Positions 12,076 through 24,200 of a stretch of DNA of 39,448 nt are shown piece by piece (positions within the stretch are counted from its first letter, which is position 1; every line of letters begins with the position of its first letter). The notes under the pieces were generated by a model, which saw only the letters and a program-made list of their open reading frames with translations, did no database searches and was not told the origin of the DNA. Made by a program: the position numbers and the translations under genes. This stretch comes from Chiloscyllium plagiosum (Eukaryota): NCBI RefSeq assembly GCF_004010195.1, contig NC_057718.1, forward strand, positions 58,165,475 to 58,204,922, given 5' to 3'.

Positions 12076-12750
12076 TGTATGTGTGAGTGTGTGTGATAGT
12101 GAGACTGTTCATGTGTAAGCACCGCAGGGACAGTATGTGAGTGTGAGTGAGTTTGGCAGGGAGAGTGTGTGCATATGTGCGAGAGATGAGGAGAGTGTGT
12201 GTGTGTTGTGTGTGCACGTGTTAAACAGGGAGAGTGCGTGAGTGTGTGTTTGTGTATGTTTATGTGTGACACGAATAAAGTGTATGACAGAATGAGACAG
12301 AGTATGTAAGTGAGTGAGACGGGGACAGTGCAAGAGTGTGTGAGACTGGGAGAGTGTGTGTGACAGTGAGTGAGACTTGGGAGAGTGTATGTGAGTGGGT
12401 GAGAGTGAGAGAGTGTGTGAGAGTGAGTGAGACTGGGAGAGCGTGTCAGAGTAAGTGAATGAGATAGGGAGAATGTGTGTGAGAATGAGTGAGACTGGCA
12501 GAGTGTCTGTGAGTGAGTGAGACCAGGAGAAAATATATAAGTGAGTGATTACGATCAAGGGAATGTGTCTATGAGTTTGTGAGATCAGACAGTTGTGCAT
12601 GTCTCTGAATGAGATAGTGATGAAGCAATGAGTGTCAATGAGTGAGTGACTGAGAGAGGGTCAATGTGTGAGAGAGGTGAGTGAGTGTGAGAGAGAGGAT
12701 TAAGAAAAGGTGTATGTGTGTGGCAGAGGGCAAGAGTGTGAGTCTGGGAG
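12076..12750. repeat. Low-complexity (TG/GA/GTGA)n degenerate microsatellite tract
   Basis: Continuous GTGTGA/GAGAGT/GTGAGT motifs with recurring GAGACTGGGAGAG units. Confidence 0.9.
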
Positions 12751-12974
12751 AGGGGCATCATGTTTGAACCCTCTGACTGAGTGAGCCACATGAACCATTC
12801 TTCTCCACCTTTTCCCTCCCAACAACCTCTCTGAAACAGGTTGGGTGTGAAGGAAAACCCAGGCTGAATGGCAGCCTGCGTCTGTGTGAAACCTGCTGAA
12901 GCCAGTTCAGAATGTCTATCAGTCAAGATCAATCAAGGTTAATCGAACCTAACTACTCATGATTGGACAGTCCT

Positions 12975-13455
12975 GCTGTACCCAAATCATCAAGAGTCAG
13001 CACACAGGTACAGAACGTAATAAAGAAAACAAAACAGCAAGTTTGCCCTAATTACAAAGGAAATATTGTAGGGAAACCTTGCTCTAAATATTGGTGAAAC
13101 CACACCTAGCTTGTTGTGTGCAGTTTTGGTCATCAAGCTGAAGGATGGTCATGCTTACATTGGAGGTAGTTCAGAGAAGATTCACCAAACTGAGTCCTGG
13201 GTTAAAGGACTGGTCTTGTTTGGAATGGTTATGTGATTTGGGACTGTACTTATTTGAATTCATCAGAATGAAAGGTATGACCAAAACATGTAACATTTTG
13301 AGGGTTCTTAATAGATGGTATGGAAATCCATAACTAAGGATCACAGGCTCAAAATAATGGGTATCCCACTTAAGACAGATGAGGAGGCCTTTCTTCTTCC
13401 AGAGGGTCACTCGTGTTTGCATTCTCTCCCCATATGAACAGTAGAGGCTGGGTCA
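12975..13455 (+). mobile_element. Degraded CR1 3' fragment
   Basis: Translation LEVVQRRFTKLSPGL and the upstream GTGCAGTTTTGGTC (CVQFW) are homologous to other CR1 3' copies in the window. Confidence 0.8.
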
Positions 13456-14977
13456 GACTCTCTGTCCTTCTCTGTTTGATGGGTGTATTTTACCATCTGC
13501 CCAATCAATCCCCAATAAAATATCTATCACTGACATTGACAAGGTTGGGATGATGTCCACTGTTACCAAACCTGTACCAAGTTCTCTGTCAAAGTAATTT
13601 AAACCAGTGCCACCTCTGCTCTCTGAACCCTTTCATCAGCACACAGGAATTTAATTTACGTCTGGGTGGAAAACCTTATGTTTTCCCTACTCATAAGGTC
13701 TGTGAGGCCCCAGTGTCTTGGAGAATGCTGATTTCTTTCTCTGGTTGCTGAAAGTAATCTGTAGTCACAACTCCCTGGTTCACAGTCATGTCAGAGCAGA
13801 CACAGGGTATCCTTAATGCTACAGACACTGCTCCTGAAGCTTGACTCTCTGACAGACTCCAAAGCCAATTTTTTTCCTCTACAGGCCCTGATTTCCTATG
13901 TTGAAATACTTGGAATAGGTTCCCTCCTGACTCTCACCCAGTTCCCTCCTTTTTATCACTGGGGACAATTCTATCTACTCTGCTTGAACTTCATCTTCTC
14001 TCCAGTTTGGGTTCAAGATACTTACCTCACCTTTATCTCTTTTTGCTCTTCAACAGCTTCCAGTTTCCCTGGGGTGATGGGTCTGTCTGCTAACACAGGA
14101 TTATCAATCAGTATTGCTGCTTGTCTGGGCTCTGCTCCTAGACATAAGTCTGAACTGGAAAGGGTTAGAAGTTTTTGAACTCCTTGAGCAGAATTTCCTG
14201 GGAAACTTCAATTTTAAGTGCTCATGATCAAAAGTGAGCTGCTTAAGGCATTCATATGCCGTCTGATCAGGTTGTTTTTTTAAGGGAACAGAATATTTGC
14301 CTGTGCACCTCCGGCATTAGCTGGTATGCACTTAAAATAGCCCCCTTTGATGCTTCATAGTCAGTAGTGCTCTCCTTGAGTAAAAGGGAGTAAACTTCAT
14401 GAGATTTCACAGGGTTTGGGTAACAGCAACATTTACCAATGAATTAGCCACTTTAACCACTAAAGTCACCTTTTAAAATAGACAAATAAAGCATCAATTT
14501 CTTCCACATCAAAAATTGGTAGTAAATAGGTAAACCTGAATCCTTCAGCCTTGAAGTCAGAGTGAGTTGTGTCTCCCTCAGCAGAACCATTTCACTCTTC
14601 CTTCTCAGGTAAAGTGGTCTCAATTTAAATTCCCTTTATTATTTGCTTTCTTTCTTTTGGAATTCTCTTTCTTCTCTCCATCCCTCTCTCTCTTTTTGCA
14701 GTTTCTGTTTTCCTGGCTTTCAGGTGAGCTGTGCCTCCAAGTGCTTCGATATATACTTTTACTTCTTCTAAGCACAAGGCTTTTAGTTTTCTGAAGTAAT
14801 TTTGTCCTGTTCTGTGAAATATTGATGTCAAACATGGACTTTTAATGATGACAACTCAAAAAAATCTTTTTGTAATTTTGTTTTTGTTTTACACAACTTT
14901 GGAAGGAACAAGTTGTTTCCCCACTCCAAATTATTCATTTGTCAATGGACTCTAATTGTACAATAAGCCCCAAATAT

Positions 14978-15860
14978 TTTACGACCATATGAGGTGGGTG
15001 ATCAGCTCCTCTCTTATTGACCACCTCTCAGTTGCTCACAACAAATAATTATTTTATTTTCTTTGACATTTAGCTATCGCACTTAACTAGATCAGAATTA
15101 AGGAACCAATTAATTACAATATTTCCTTGCATAAAGAAGAGAGCTTCTGTTACCTACTACACCGAAACAAAATTTTAATAAGTGACATCAAACACACACA
15201 GAGACATGTAATCAACTGCAAAACCAATGGAGGGGGCAGCAAAAACAGTGTCGATATACACAGGAAGGTAAAGGTCATTACAGTTTATCATTTTCACAGT
15301 TTTTGTGTTGTGAGAGAGAAACCCAACTCTCAATTGTTTAGCTGTCGTTCTCCTTTGAAAATGTAGTTTCCAGATAACCTTGATTTCTTGGTGAGCAGTG
15401 GTTTTATTCCAAATTGCTTTTTCACTGCTGGTTTCTGAGGTTTTGTGAGAGAGAAATGCTTTCCGTAATCTTGCTGTTCCCAGTCTATGCTGCTTTCTGT
15501 ATCCTTTGTTGCTCAAAGGCGGCTGTTGCTGTACAATTCCTTTCTGGATTCTGATGTATGTTGCAAGTTTTGAGAAGATTTGTCCATAACATTAGCTGTG
15601 TCATTGTTCCATGCTGGCTAGTTAGAGACAACCTTTCATCTTGGAATATATTGATACCTCACTAAATTTCATTGTCTGGTGATTAAGATATTAATTCCAA
15701 TTTAACCAATTTTGCGTGGGTCCCCTGTGCTTGTCAGGTGATCAAAGCAGCCATTGCAGGTCATCAGAGTCCTTTCTCACAACCATTATAGTGTATAAAA
15801 GTCTCAGGCATTAAAATCGAATGATGACTGTTCAACATCGATAGTCCATTTTCACTACAA
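14978..15860 (-). mobile_element. Possible degraded solo LTR
   Basis: Left end TTTACGACC...GAGGTGGG resembles shark LTR-like termini, with TTTATT (minus-strand polyA signal) nearby, and the right end is ...CACTACA. No TSD could be established. Confidence 0.25.
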
Positions 15861-16605
15861 CTGTAACAATCTGAAGAGGAAAAACCTTCCAGACTGAGGG
15901 GAGAAAGCAGTTAAGAGGCACTAACCAAATTGTTCTTTCAGAGTGACAGTACAAACAAGATAAACCAATTGACCGTCTTTGTGCTGTAATCATTTTATGA
16001 TTAAATGCTTGTGGTTGAATAGCGGTAATGGACAGAAATAATTACTATAGTTAGCTAGCTGCAGGAAGTACATACCTTGCACATTTCCAATGACAAAAGC
16101 AAAAGGAACCTTTTGCTCCAGGTGGCTAGCTAATGAAAGGTAAGACATGGTTTTGCATGTAATTTAGAGCTGATTGCTGCAATACAGTCTTGAGTGTATG
16201 ACACTTTTTCATGAAATTAATCTAATCTGGCTGTAGTAGAAACATTGTTATTGTGATATGGGCATCGATGATACCAAGAATTCAGGAGATTGAGTAACAT
16301 CTTTCTCATTCGAAAGAAAGTGAAAATAAAGTTTAAGAAAAGCAGTGCTATGAATTAAAATGAAACCTGCAAAAATTATCTTTAGAACCTTTGGGATTTC
16401 TTAGTTGATAAACATGATATGGTCCTGTGTTCCTGAACTATGGATCAGTAAAGTCTTTCATTTCATCATTGCTGAAAATCAACCTACACAGGGGCAGTAG
16501 ACTGCACTAAAAATATTGTTAAGAGAGGAGAGAACATGCCAGATCATCTCTTCTGGTTGCTGTCCAGTAATTCATGTTACAACATGGGTTAGACATTTCA
16601 TTACA

Positions 16606-16676
16606 CACCTTTGAGACTTAAACCCAAGCCTTGTGGCCCAAAGGTAGGGACACTATCAATGCATCATAAGACCCTT
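16606..16676 (-). mobile_element. tRNA-derived SINE head fragment
   Basis: The reverse complement GGGTCTTATGATGCATTGATAGTGTCCCTACC...GGGTTTAAGTCTCA has decayed Pol III A and B boxes. Confidence 0.45.
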
Positions 16677-16854
16677 GTGGGTATTGAATTAAAACAGACA
16701 TGACTTCAGGTGTCTTGACTGATGATATTCATTATTCTAATTCCCATCTAAACAGTTACAGCTGTAGAATTGGATCTGGTTAGAGCTAAGATTCTCCATC
16801 ACTATAACACCCTTTGGCTGGTTTTCATACTGTATTGGTAGCTATATAACATAT

Positions 16855-16980
16855 GATTAGATTCCCTATAATGTGGAAACAGGCCCTTTGGCCCAGCAAG
16901 TCCACACCGACCCTCTGAAGAATAACCCACCCAGACCCATTTCCCTCTGACTAACGCACCTAACACTATGGAAAATTTAG
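16855..16980 (-). mobile_element. HE1-type SINE 3' portion
   Basis: GATTAGATTCCCTATAATGTGGAAACAGGCCCTTTGGCCC...CCACCCAGACCC is the reverse of the CR1-derived SINE tail. Homologous to 37704-37795. Confidence 0.75.
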
Positions 16981-16994
16981 AATAAGATGAATGA

Positions 16995-17075
16995 TCCTAG
17001 AGTAAGGTAAAAGGTCCACACAACATCAAGGGTTGAAGGGTGTGTACTGTGCTGTACTGTGCTATATTCTATATA
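16995..17075 (+). mobile_element. CR1 extreme 3' tail fragment
   Basis: CACAACATCAAGGGTTGAAGGGTGTGTACTGTGCTGTAC...TTCTAT is homologous to the tail at 21660-21727. Confidence 0.6.
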
Positions 17076-17440
17076 CTGGCTCTTTAATGGCTGGAGTTTG
17101 GATTTTAGCTTCATAGCTCAAGGAAATCAAGAACAGCTAGTCAATCAAGAGGTTGATAGTGCTTCAGCAATGGCAGCTCCACCAAGATCAGTGACCACTG
17201 CCTGTAGCAGAGATAAGTAGCAGGTCCTGACAAAGGGGTTGGATGTAAGGTAGGCAAGTCTAGGAGAGGGGAAAGGAACAGAGGTAGGGCAATGTCTGGA
17301 GCTAGACATGTGATACACCCAGGAGGCCTGTTACTGAGGCACAGCCTGCCATGCTCATCACCAGCCCATTTTGTGACACCTTCTAGGCTAAATATTTGGT
17401 GTGGGCCTGTCCTTCCACTGGTTAAATCATAACATTGAAA

Positions 17441-17602
17441 TATAGAATCATGGAATCACAAAAACCCTGCAGTGCAAAAAGAGGCCATTCAGCCCATTGA
17501 GTCTGCACCGACCCACCAAAACCCAACTTCTTACCCTATCCCTGTAACCCTGCATTTACTAGGGCCAATCCACCTAGCGTGCACACCTTTGGACTATATG
17601 AG
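17441..17602 (-). mobile_element. HE1/V-SINE 3' half
   Basis: GGCCAATCCACCTAGCGTGCACACCTTTGGACT is the reverse complement of the V-domain end seen at 25516-25548, and there is a CR1-like tail at 17441-17510. Confidence 0.75.
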
Positions 17603-17724
17603 ATAACAGGTGTAACCCTTATGTCACAGGATCGTGCAGCTGGATTTTTTTCCATGAAAGTGGAAGTCTGAGTTGGGAATCTCCCAAATCAAGTATTCCT
17701 AAATATTAGGAATGAGAGCTGGCT

Positions 17725-18160
17725 CTATTTTTAAATCATTCCTCCTATATGCAAACTCTCCAACTAGAGGAACTAGATTTTCTCTATCTACCCTATTTTA
17801 TCATTAACATATTTTAAACTCCATCAAGCCACTTTTGACATGTTATGTGCAATTCTGGTCTCCTTCCTATTGGAGGGATGTTGTGAAACTTGAAAGGTTC
17901 AGAAGTTGGTATAATTACAACATTTAAAGGATGTCTGGATGGGTATATGAATAGGAAGGGTTTGGAGGGGTATGGGCCGGATGCTGGCAGGTGGGACTAG
18001 ATTAGGTTGGGATATCTGGTCGGTATGGACGAGTTGGACTAAAGGGTCTGTTTCCATGCTGTACATCTCTATGACTATGTCTAAGTCATCTTTTAACCTT
18101 CTAATTTCTGAGAAATCCAAACCAAAGTTTGAATAATCTGTCCTCCTAATTTAACTTCTG
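17725..18160 (-). mobile_element. Old minus-strand CR1 fragment interrupted by a plus-strand CR1 piece
   Basis: TCTCTATCTACCCTAT...CCATCAAGCCAC and TTAACCTTCTAATTTCTGAG...AATCTGTCCTCCTAATTTAAC are consecutive reverse-complement CR1 3' segments on either side of 17840-18080. Confidence 0.5.
17840..18080 (+). mobile_element. CR1 3' fragment with internal deletion
   Basis: Closely similar to 36925-36980 and then to 37407-37580. Ends in the CTCTATGACTATG tail. Confidence 0.85.
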
Positions 18161-19399
18161 TTATTGTGACATCTGAGGTTGGTGCAGTGCTTTGCCGTTC
18201 TAGTCCGACTCCACCATTAGTCACACCATAAATTTCAAGCTTTACCCAGCCACCAATATGGCCAATGATATGCTATAGGTCTTTAATTAATCAACAAAGT
18301 TTCTTTAATAAACAATTATGTTTTTTTTATTTACTATAAAATATGACTTATTTAGCAAAGATGCAGAGCTGATTAACACATTCTTAGAAATAAATAGTTA
18401 CCCTTCTAAATAACCCCCAGACACAATGCACAAAAATCATAAAGTAGAGAGGAGAAAAAAACTTTGACTGCAGAGATTAATTTTAGAAACAAAAAAGAAA
18501 CACTTTGGCCAGTAATTATTCATTCTTGAAGGGAAATCAAAGGATGTGGTATGAAATATTCAAGATGGCTTTCAGTCAGCATTCTAGCTGACATAGAAAT
18601 GTGTCACTAAACAGAAGCAGTTGTTATTAGGATCTTTAGCCACAATTTGTTCAGAAAATGCCAAGAATTCAGAAGCTTTTCAGGAGAACAAATGCATCGA
18701 TTTTTCAGGTCCCTCACTGGAATTCCCGAAAGGATTTTTTTCCCCCTGCAATGCAGAGGATGAGTTGGGGAGTTGCTCTTCTCAGCAGGCTATATCCAAT
18801 GAACTTCAACAATATCCAACGCAACACCATAAACCCAGGCATGTGATTTTCAGGAAGCTGGCCCAAGTAATTAGCCTCAGCCATGTATCTTCCAAGCAGT
18901 GTTTTATTTTTAAATATTCCAATTTTCTTCTTGTGAACTCTTTCCATTTGAAAAATAAAGGACCAGTTTAGGTACTTCTTCTTAGTCTTTTCAAATGAAT
19001 CACTGTCCACAATCCTTTGAATGAATCTCAAAACATATTAATAGTGAATTGCCTTCATCAAATGTCATTCTGGAAAACCTATATTGCAAACTTGAACAAT
19101 TTCAATTCTTCACAGCTTCAGGGCTATATCTGTGCTGGATGGTCCAACACACAGAAATTCTGGGAGAGTTTCCACTCAAGGTGCACCACCAAATCCCAGT
19201 ACAGATAGTACCAGTTCTCAATACAGTGTCTTTCTTTCTCTGTGTTTTCCTCAAGTTCACTTTCATGTTGCTTAGTGCCACATCTGCCATGAACCAACAC
19301 ATTTTGAATTGTGAATTTTAAAGAAAGTATTCTTTCATACTTTTAGGAATGGTAACTTGGTGAACTTTGATTAATTCAACTGTTAGCAAGATTCGGGAA

Positions 19400-22101
19400 C
19401 CCTGGATAACGAGATATTGAAAGTTTAGTCAAAAAGGAAAAGGAAGCATTTGCAAGGTTTAGGAAACTGAAATCAGATGAGTTTCTTGAGGAATATAAAG
19501 GAAGCAGGAGAGAAAATTTAAAGAAAATTAGGAAGGCAAAAAGGGCCCATGAAATATCCCTGGTAAGTAGAATAAGGAGATTCCCAGGTACTTTATGTGT
19601 ATATTAGGAGCAAAAGGGTAGCTAGGGAAAGGGTAGGTCCACTCAAGGACAAAGGATGGAATTTATGTGTGAAGCCAGAAAAAGTGGTCCTTAATGAGTG
19701 AAAGGAGAAAAACATGGATGATGGTAAGATTAGGGATATTCTGGGACATGTTGATATTAAGAAGGAAGTATTGAGGTAGATAAATCCCCAGGGTCTGATG
19801 TGATCTATCAAGGATACTGAGGGAAGCAACGGAGGAGATTATTGGAGCCTTGAAAAAGATCTTTGTATCCTCTTTAGCCAAAGGCAAGCTTCCAGAGGAC
19901 TGGAGAATAGCCAATGTTGTTCCTTTGTTTAAGATTATTGGCTGTTGATCACTAGAAATATCAGTGCTAGAGAAATTATTGGAAATCACTCTTCAGGACA
20001 TAATTTACTCACATTTGGAAAACAATGGTCTTATTAGGGATAGTCAGCATTGCTTTATGCAATTAAGGTCTTGACTCACAAATTCAATGGGGTTTTTTGA
20101 GGAAGTAATGAAAATGAATAATGAGGGTAGGAGAGTGGATGTTGTTTGCACAGACCTTACATATTTGACAAGCTCCCTCATGGTAGGCTGGTCTAGAAGG
20201 CTCAGTCACATGGATTCCACAGTGAATTGGTAAATTGGATACAAAATTGGTATAGTCATAGAAGACAGGTTGGTTGCAGAATGGTGCTTTTCTGGCTGGT
20301 AGTCTGTGACCAGTGGAGTATGCAAAGATCAGTGCTGGAACCTCTATAACTTGGTACATATACAAATGTAAGTGGTCTGATTGGTAAGTTTGCGGATGAT
20401 GCATAAATTGCTGGAGTTTTGGACAATGACGAAAGATACAGCATTGATCAAGTTGATTGATCAGATCATTGGGGGTTGGGTGGGGAAATGGCAGACAAAA
20501 TTTAATCTGGACAAGTGAGAGATGATGCATTTTGGGATGTTAAATGCCAGAGGAAAGTATATATAAACGGCAGGACCCTTAGGAGCATTCTGATACAGAG
20601 GGATGTCGAGGTGCATATCATTAGCTCCCTGAAAGTGACAACAGAAGTGGATAAGGTAGTAAAGAAGGCATATGGCATGGTTGCCTAATCAGATGGAGCA
20701 TTGAGTATGAAAGTTGGCAAGTCTTGTTGCAGCTGTATAAAATGTAACTTAGGCCACTTTGGACTATTGTGTGCAATTCTGTTCACCACACTATTAAAAG
20801 GATGTGGAGGTTTGGAGAGGGTGCAAAAGAGGTTTACCAGAGTGATGCCTGGATTGGAGTGTATTATAAATAAGGAGGGGTTGGACAAACTTAGAATCTT
20901 GCAGAGCTGGGCTGAGAGGTGGCAAAGGGAGTTTAATGCGGACAAGTGTGAGGTGATTCACTTTGGTCGGAGTAACCGGAATGCAAAGTACTGGGCTAAT
21001 GGTAAGATTCTTGGTAGTGTAGATGAGCAGAGAGATCTTGGTGTCCAGGTACACAGATCCTTGAAAGTTGCCACCCAGGTTGACAGGGTTGTTAAGAAGG
21101 CATACGGTGTTTTAGCTTTTATTAATAGAGGGATCGAGTTCCGGAACCATGAGGTTATGCTCCAGCTGTACAAAACTCTGGTGTGGCTGAACTTCGAGTA
21201 TTGTATACAGTTCTGGTCACCGCATTATAAGAAGGATGTGGAAGCTTTGGAAAGGGTGCAGAGGAAATTTACTAGGATGTTGCCTGGTATGGAGGGAAGG
21301 TCTTACGAGGAAAGGCTGAGGGACTTGAGGCTGTTTTCATTGGAGAGAAGAAGGTTGAGAGGTGACTTAATAGCGACATATAAGATAATCAGAGGGTTAG
21401 ATAGGGTGGACAGGAAGAGCCTTTTCCAAGTATGGTGACGGCGAGCACGAGGGGGCATAGCTTTAAATTGAGGGGTGACAGATATAGGACAAATGTCAGA
21501 GGTAGTTTCTGTCCTCAGAGAGTAGTAAGGGTATGGAATGTTTTGCCTGCAACGGTAGTAGATTTGCCAACTTTAAGTACATTTGAGTCGTCATTGGCCA
21601 AGCATATGGATGTACATGGAATAGTGTAGGTTAGATGGGCTTCAGATTGGCATGACAGGTCGGCGCAACATCGAGGGCCGAAGGGCCTATACTGCGCTGT
21701 AAAGTTCTATGTTCTATGTTCTATGTTTTCACTGGTGTTGGAGGCTGAGGGGGCAACCTGATTGAAATTGTAATCAGGGATTTTTTCCCAGACTGGAAAT
21801 GTCAAATACTAGGGGGCAAAGTTTTAATGCGAGAGGGAAAAATTTAAAGGAGATCTGTGAGGCAATTTTTTTTTAACACAGAGGATGGTGGGTGTCTGGA
21901 ACACAGTACCAGGGGATGTGGTTGGAGCAGATATGATAACAACATTTAAGAGGCAGTTAGGCAGACACATGAATGGGCTGAGAATAGAGGGATACAGACC
22001 ATGTGCAGGCAAATGGGATTAGTTTAAAATGGCATCATGGCCATCACAGACATGGAAGGCTGAAAGGCCTGTTTCTGGGCTGTACTGTTCTATGTTCTAT
22101 G
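19400..22101 (+). mobile_element. Old, long CR1 ORF2 remnant hosting a younger CR1 insertion
   Basis: Decayed PEDWRIANVVPLF (19890-19930), SQH (20042), GKFADD (20383-20400) and LERVQKRFTRVMPGLE. The element resumes at ~21724 and ends in a TTCTATG tail at ~22100. Confidence 0.9.
20896..21727 (+). mobile_element. Young 5'-truncated CR1 nested in the older CR1
   Basis: Open frame LQSWAERWQREFNADKCEVIHFG...EYCIQFWSPHYKKDVEALERVQRKFTRMLPG, retained CpGs, and a (GTTCTAT)n tail at 21704-21727. Confidence 0.92.
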
Positions 22102-22632
22102 AGGATAGTTTCATCATAAAAATAAGCATTTTAAATCATTCTTCCATTTGCAATGATTAAAAATAGCTTTCTACAACAGAAAAGAAGTATGTGCTAGTTA
22201 TATTGGAGTGCAGCAGAATGTTTCTTCGTAAAGTAAAAGAAATTCAAAACTTTTAAGATCATGCCCAGTTAGTATTCCTGTGCCTGTAGATACAGAACAT
22301 CTTGAAAGCTTTGCAAATGAGTGCACAGCATGGTGATTAATGGTGGTTAATTCTCTCTCTCAGTTATGAGATTGCAATCTATTTCTGACACAATCTACTG
22401 AAATGTATGGAAACTTGAGCTATGCTGAATGCCATTTGGGCTTCATATCTGGTGATTATTTTGCCCTAATTGTGCTGAAAGCAGTGGTGTTACACCAAAA
22501 CAAAAGTGCAATCAGGCAAAAACTCCAGACCTCTGTAGAAGTGATAGTGAGAGGCTGCATTGCAAGGCAAGCAGTGTTTATACGACAAATGTAAACCTTG
22601 TTTTTTTTTACCTCAAACTGATGTAGCTGATG

Positions 22633-22806
22633 TTGAGGAGCAGGAAAATCGATGAGCCCTTCATCAGGATGACGGCCATTCCTGATGAAGGGCTACTGCC
22701 CGAAACGTCGATTTTCCTGCTCCTCAGATACTGCCTGAGCTGCTGTGCTTTTCCAGCACCACACTCTTGACTCTAATCTCCAGCATCTGCAGTCCTCAGT
22801 TTCGCC
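22633..22806 (+). mobile_element. Short palindromic Penelope-derived element with candidate 15-bp TSD
   Basis: Inverted arms GAGGAGCAGGAAAATCGA / TCGATTTTCCTGCTCCTC and AGCCCTTCATCAGGA / TCCTGATGAAGGGCT. Flanked by CTGATGTAGCTGATG (22618-22632) and CTGATGTAACTGATG (22807-22821). Confidence 0.75.
22678..22713 (+). ncRNA. Second minimal hammerhead ribozyme motif
   Basis: CUGAUGA(22682-22688)-A-GGGC-UACU-GCCC-GAAA-C-GUC(22707-22709). Stem I is weaker (AUUC/GAUU with a U-U mismatch). Confidence 0.6.
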
Positions 22807-23019
22807 CTGATGTAACTGATGGTTCGGCTTAGTACTCCGCTCCCCCTTACTATACTTGACTACTTAGAAAACAAACAAAACCTGACAAAGTTGCAAAAAG
22901 CTGAGATTAAAGGATAATCTTTGCCTGTGAAAAGCAGAAGCTGTGAATACTTTGTAAATTAAATAAATCAAGCTTCCTCCTCTTGAGTAGGCAAAGCCAT
23001 GTAATGAGAAAAACAATTG

Positions 23020-23500
23020 AACAGAAAATATTCACAAGGATGTTACCTGGACTGAAAGGTTTGAGCTATAGGAGGAGGCTGAATAGGCTGGGACATTTTT
23101 CCCCAGAGTGTCGGAGGCTGAGGGGTGAGCTTATAGAATTTTTTTAAATCATGAGGAGCTTGGATATGGTGAGTAGCCAAGGTCTTTTCACCCGGGTTCG
23201 GGTAGTCTAAAGCTAGAGGGCATAGGTTTAAGGTGAGAGGGGAAAGATATGTAAAGGACCGAAAGGCTAACTTTTTCACATAGAAGGTAGTGTGTGTATG
23301 GAATGTGCTGCCAGAGGAAGTGTGAAGATTGCTGCAATTTTAACATTTAAAGACACCTAGATGGGTATATGAATGGGAAGGGTTTAGAGGGATATAGGAC
23401 AAATGCTAGCAAATGGGCCGAGATTAATTTAGGATATCTGGTCAGCATGGATGAGTTGGTCTGAAAGGTCTGTTACCAGGCTATACATCTCTATGACTCT
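23020..23500 (+). mobile_element. CR1 3' fragment
   Basis: TTCACAAGGATGTTACCTGG...GGAGGCTGAGGGGTGA...ATCTCTATGACTCT tail, homologous to 36985-37583. Confidence 0.9.
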
Positions 23501-23697
23501 AATTATCAAAGGCAAAAACAAAGATGGTGCCTTTTGGTAAGTCTTAATACAAAGCAATTTTATACTTCAAAGTAAATAGATTATTAGTTTTAAAAAAAGA
23601 AAGAGCAAAATGATATTTGGATTTTCAACACATTAACCAAATCAGCCATCATTATCAGCTCTGGACTACGTGTGGCCCCAAACCCACATCCTTTGTA

Positions 23698-23795
23698 ATG
23701 GCCTAACAATTGGCCACTCAATGCAAGGACATTGACGAATAGGCAATGCTAGTCTTGCCAGCACCAACTATATCTTATTGAAATGAAAACAAAAT
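23698..23795 (+). mobile_element. SINE/LINE 3' tail fragment
   Basis: GGCCACTCAATGCAAGGAC...ATGCTAGTCTTGCCAGC...TGAAAACAAAA resembles a common shark SINE tail (recognition only). Confidence 0.4.
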
Positions 23796-23847
23796 TACCA
23801 AAAGAGGTTACCTCAATGGTCACTGTCTCACCTTAAATACCTTATCT

Positions 23848-24200
23848 CATAAGACCATAAGACAAAGGAGCAGAAATTAGGCAATTCAGCCCATCGGGTC
23901 AGCTCTGCTGTTCAATCTTGGCTGATAGGTTTCTCAATCCCATTCTCTCACTTTCTCCCCATAAGCCTCGATCCCCGTGATACTCAAGAACCTATCTATC
24001 TCAGTCTTAAATGTACTCAATGACCTGGCCTCCACAGCCTTCTGTGGCAGTGAAGTCCATAGATTCACCATGCTCTGGTTGAAGAAGCTCCTTTTTATCT
24101 CTGTTCTAAAAGGTCTTTGCTTTACTCTAAGGCTGTGACCTCGTATCCTAGTCTCTCCTACCCAATGTGAACATCTTCCCAATATGCACTCTGTCCCCAC
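23848..24200 (-). mobile_element. CR1 3' fragment
   Basis: Tail CATAAGACCATAAGA. The minus-strand ORF TRIRGHSLRVK..FRTEIKRSFFNQSMVNLWTSLPQKAVEA..FKTEIDRFL is the CR1 ORF2 C-terminus. Confidence 0.92.

Noticed and set aside
11873..12932. His/Thr/Ser-rich minus-strand ORFs
   Set aside because: Translations of CA/CT microsatellite-like sequence.
13480..14345. Possible Harbinger-like MITE (GGGTGTATTTTA ... TAAAATAGCCCC)
   Set aside because: The terminal match is short and imperfect, with no convincing TSD.
18159..19370. Possible LTR-like element and ORFs 18621..18971 and 18714..19031
   Set aside because: There are no recognisable protein motifs, and boundaries and a TSD could not be defined.
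22330..22600. Possible exon or conserved element (acceptor TCTCTCTCTCAG at ~22363; ORF 22403..22594)
   Set aside because: There is no recognisable peptide, and conservation cannot be assessed from this sequence alone.
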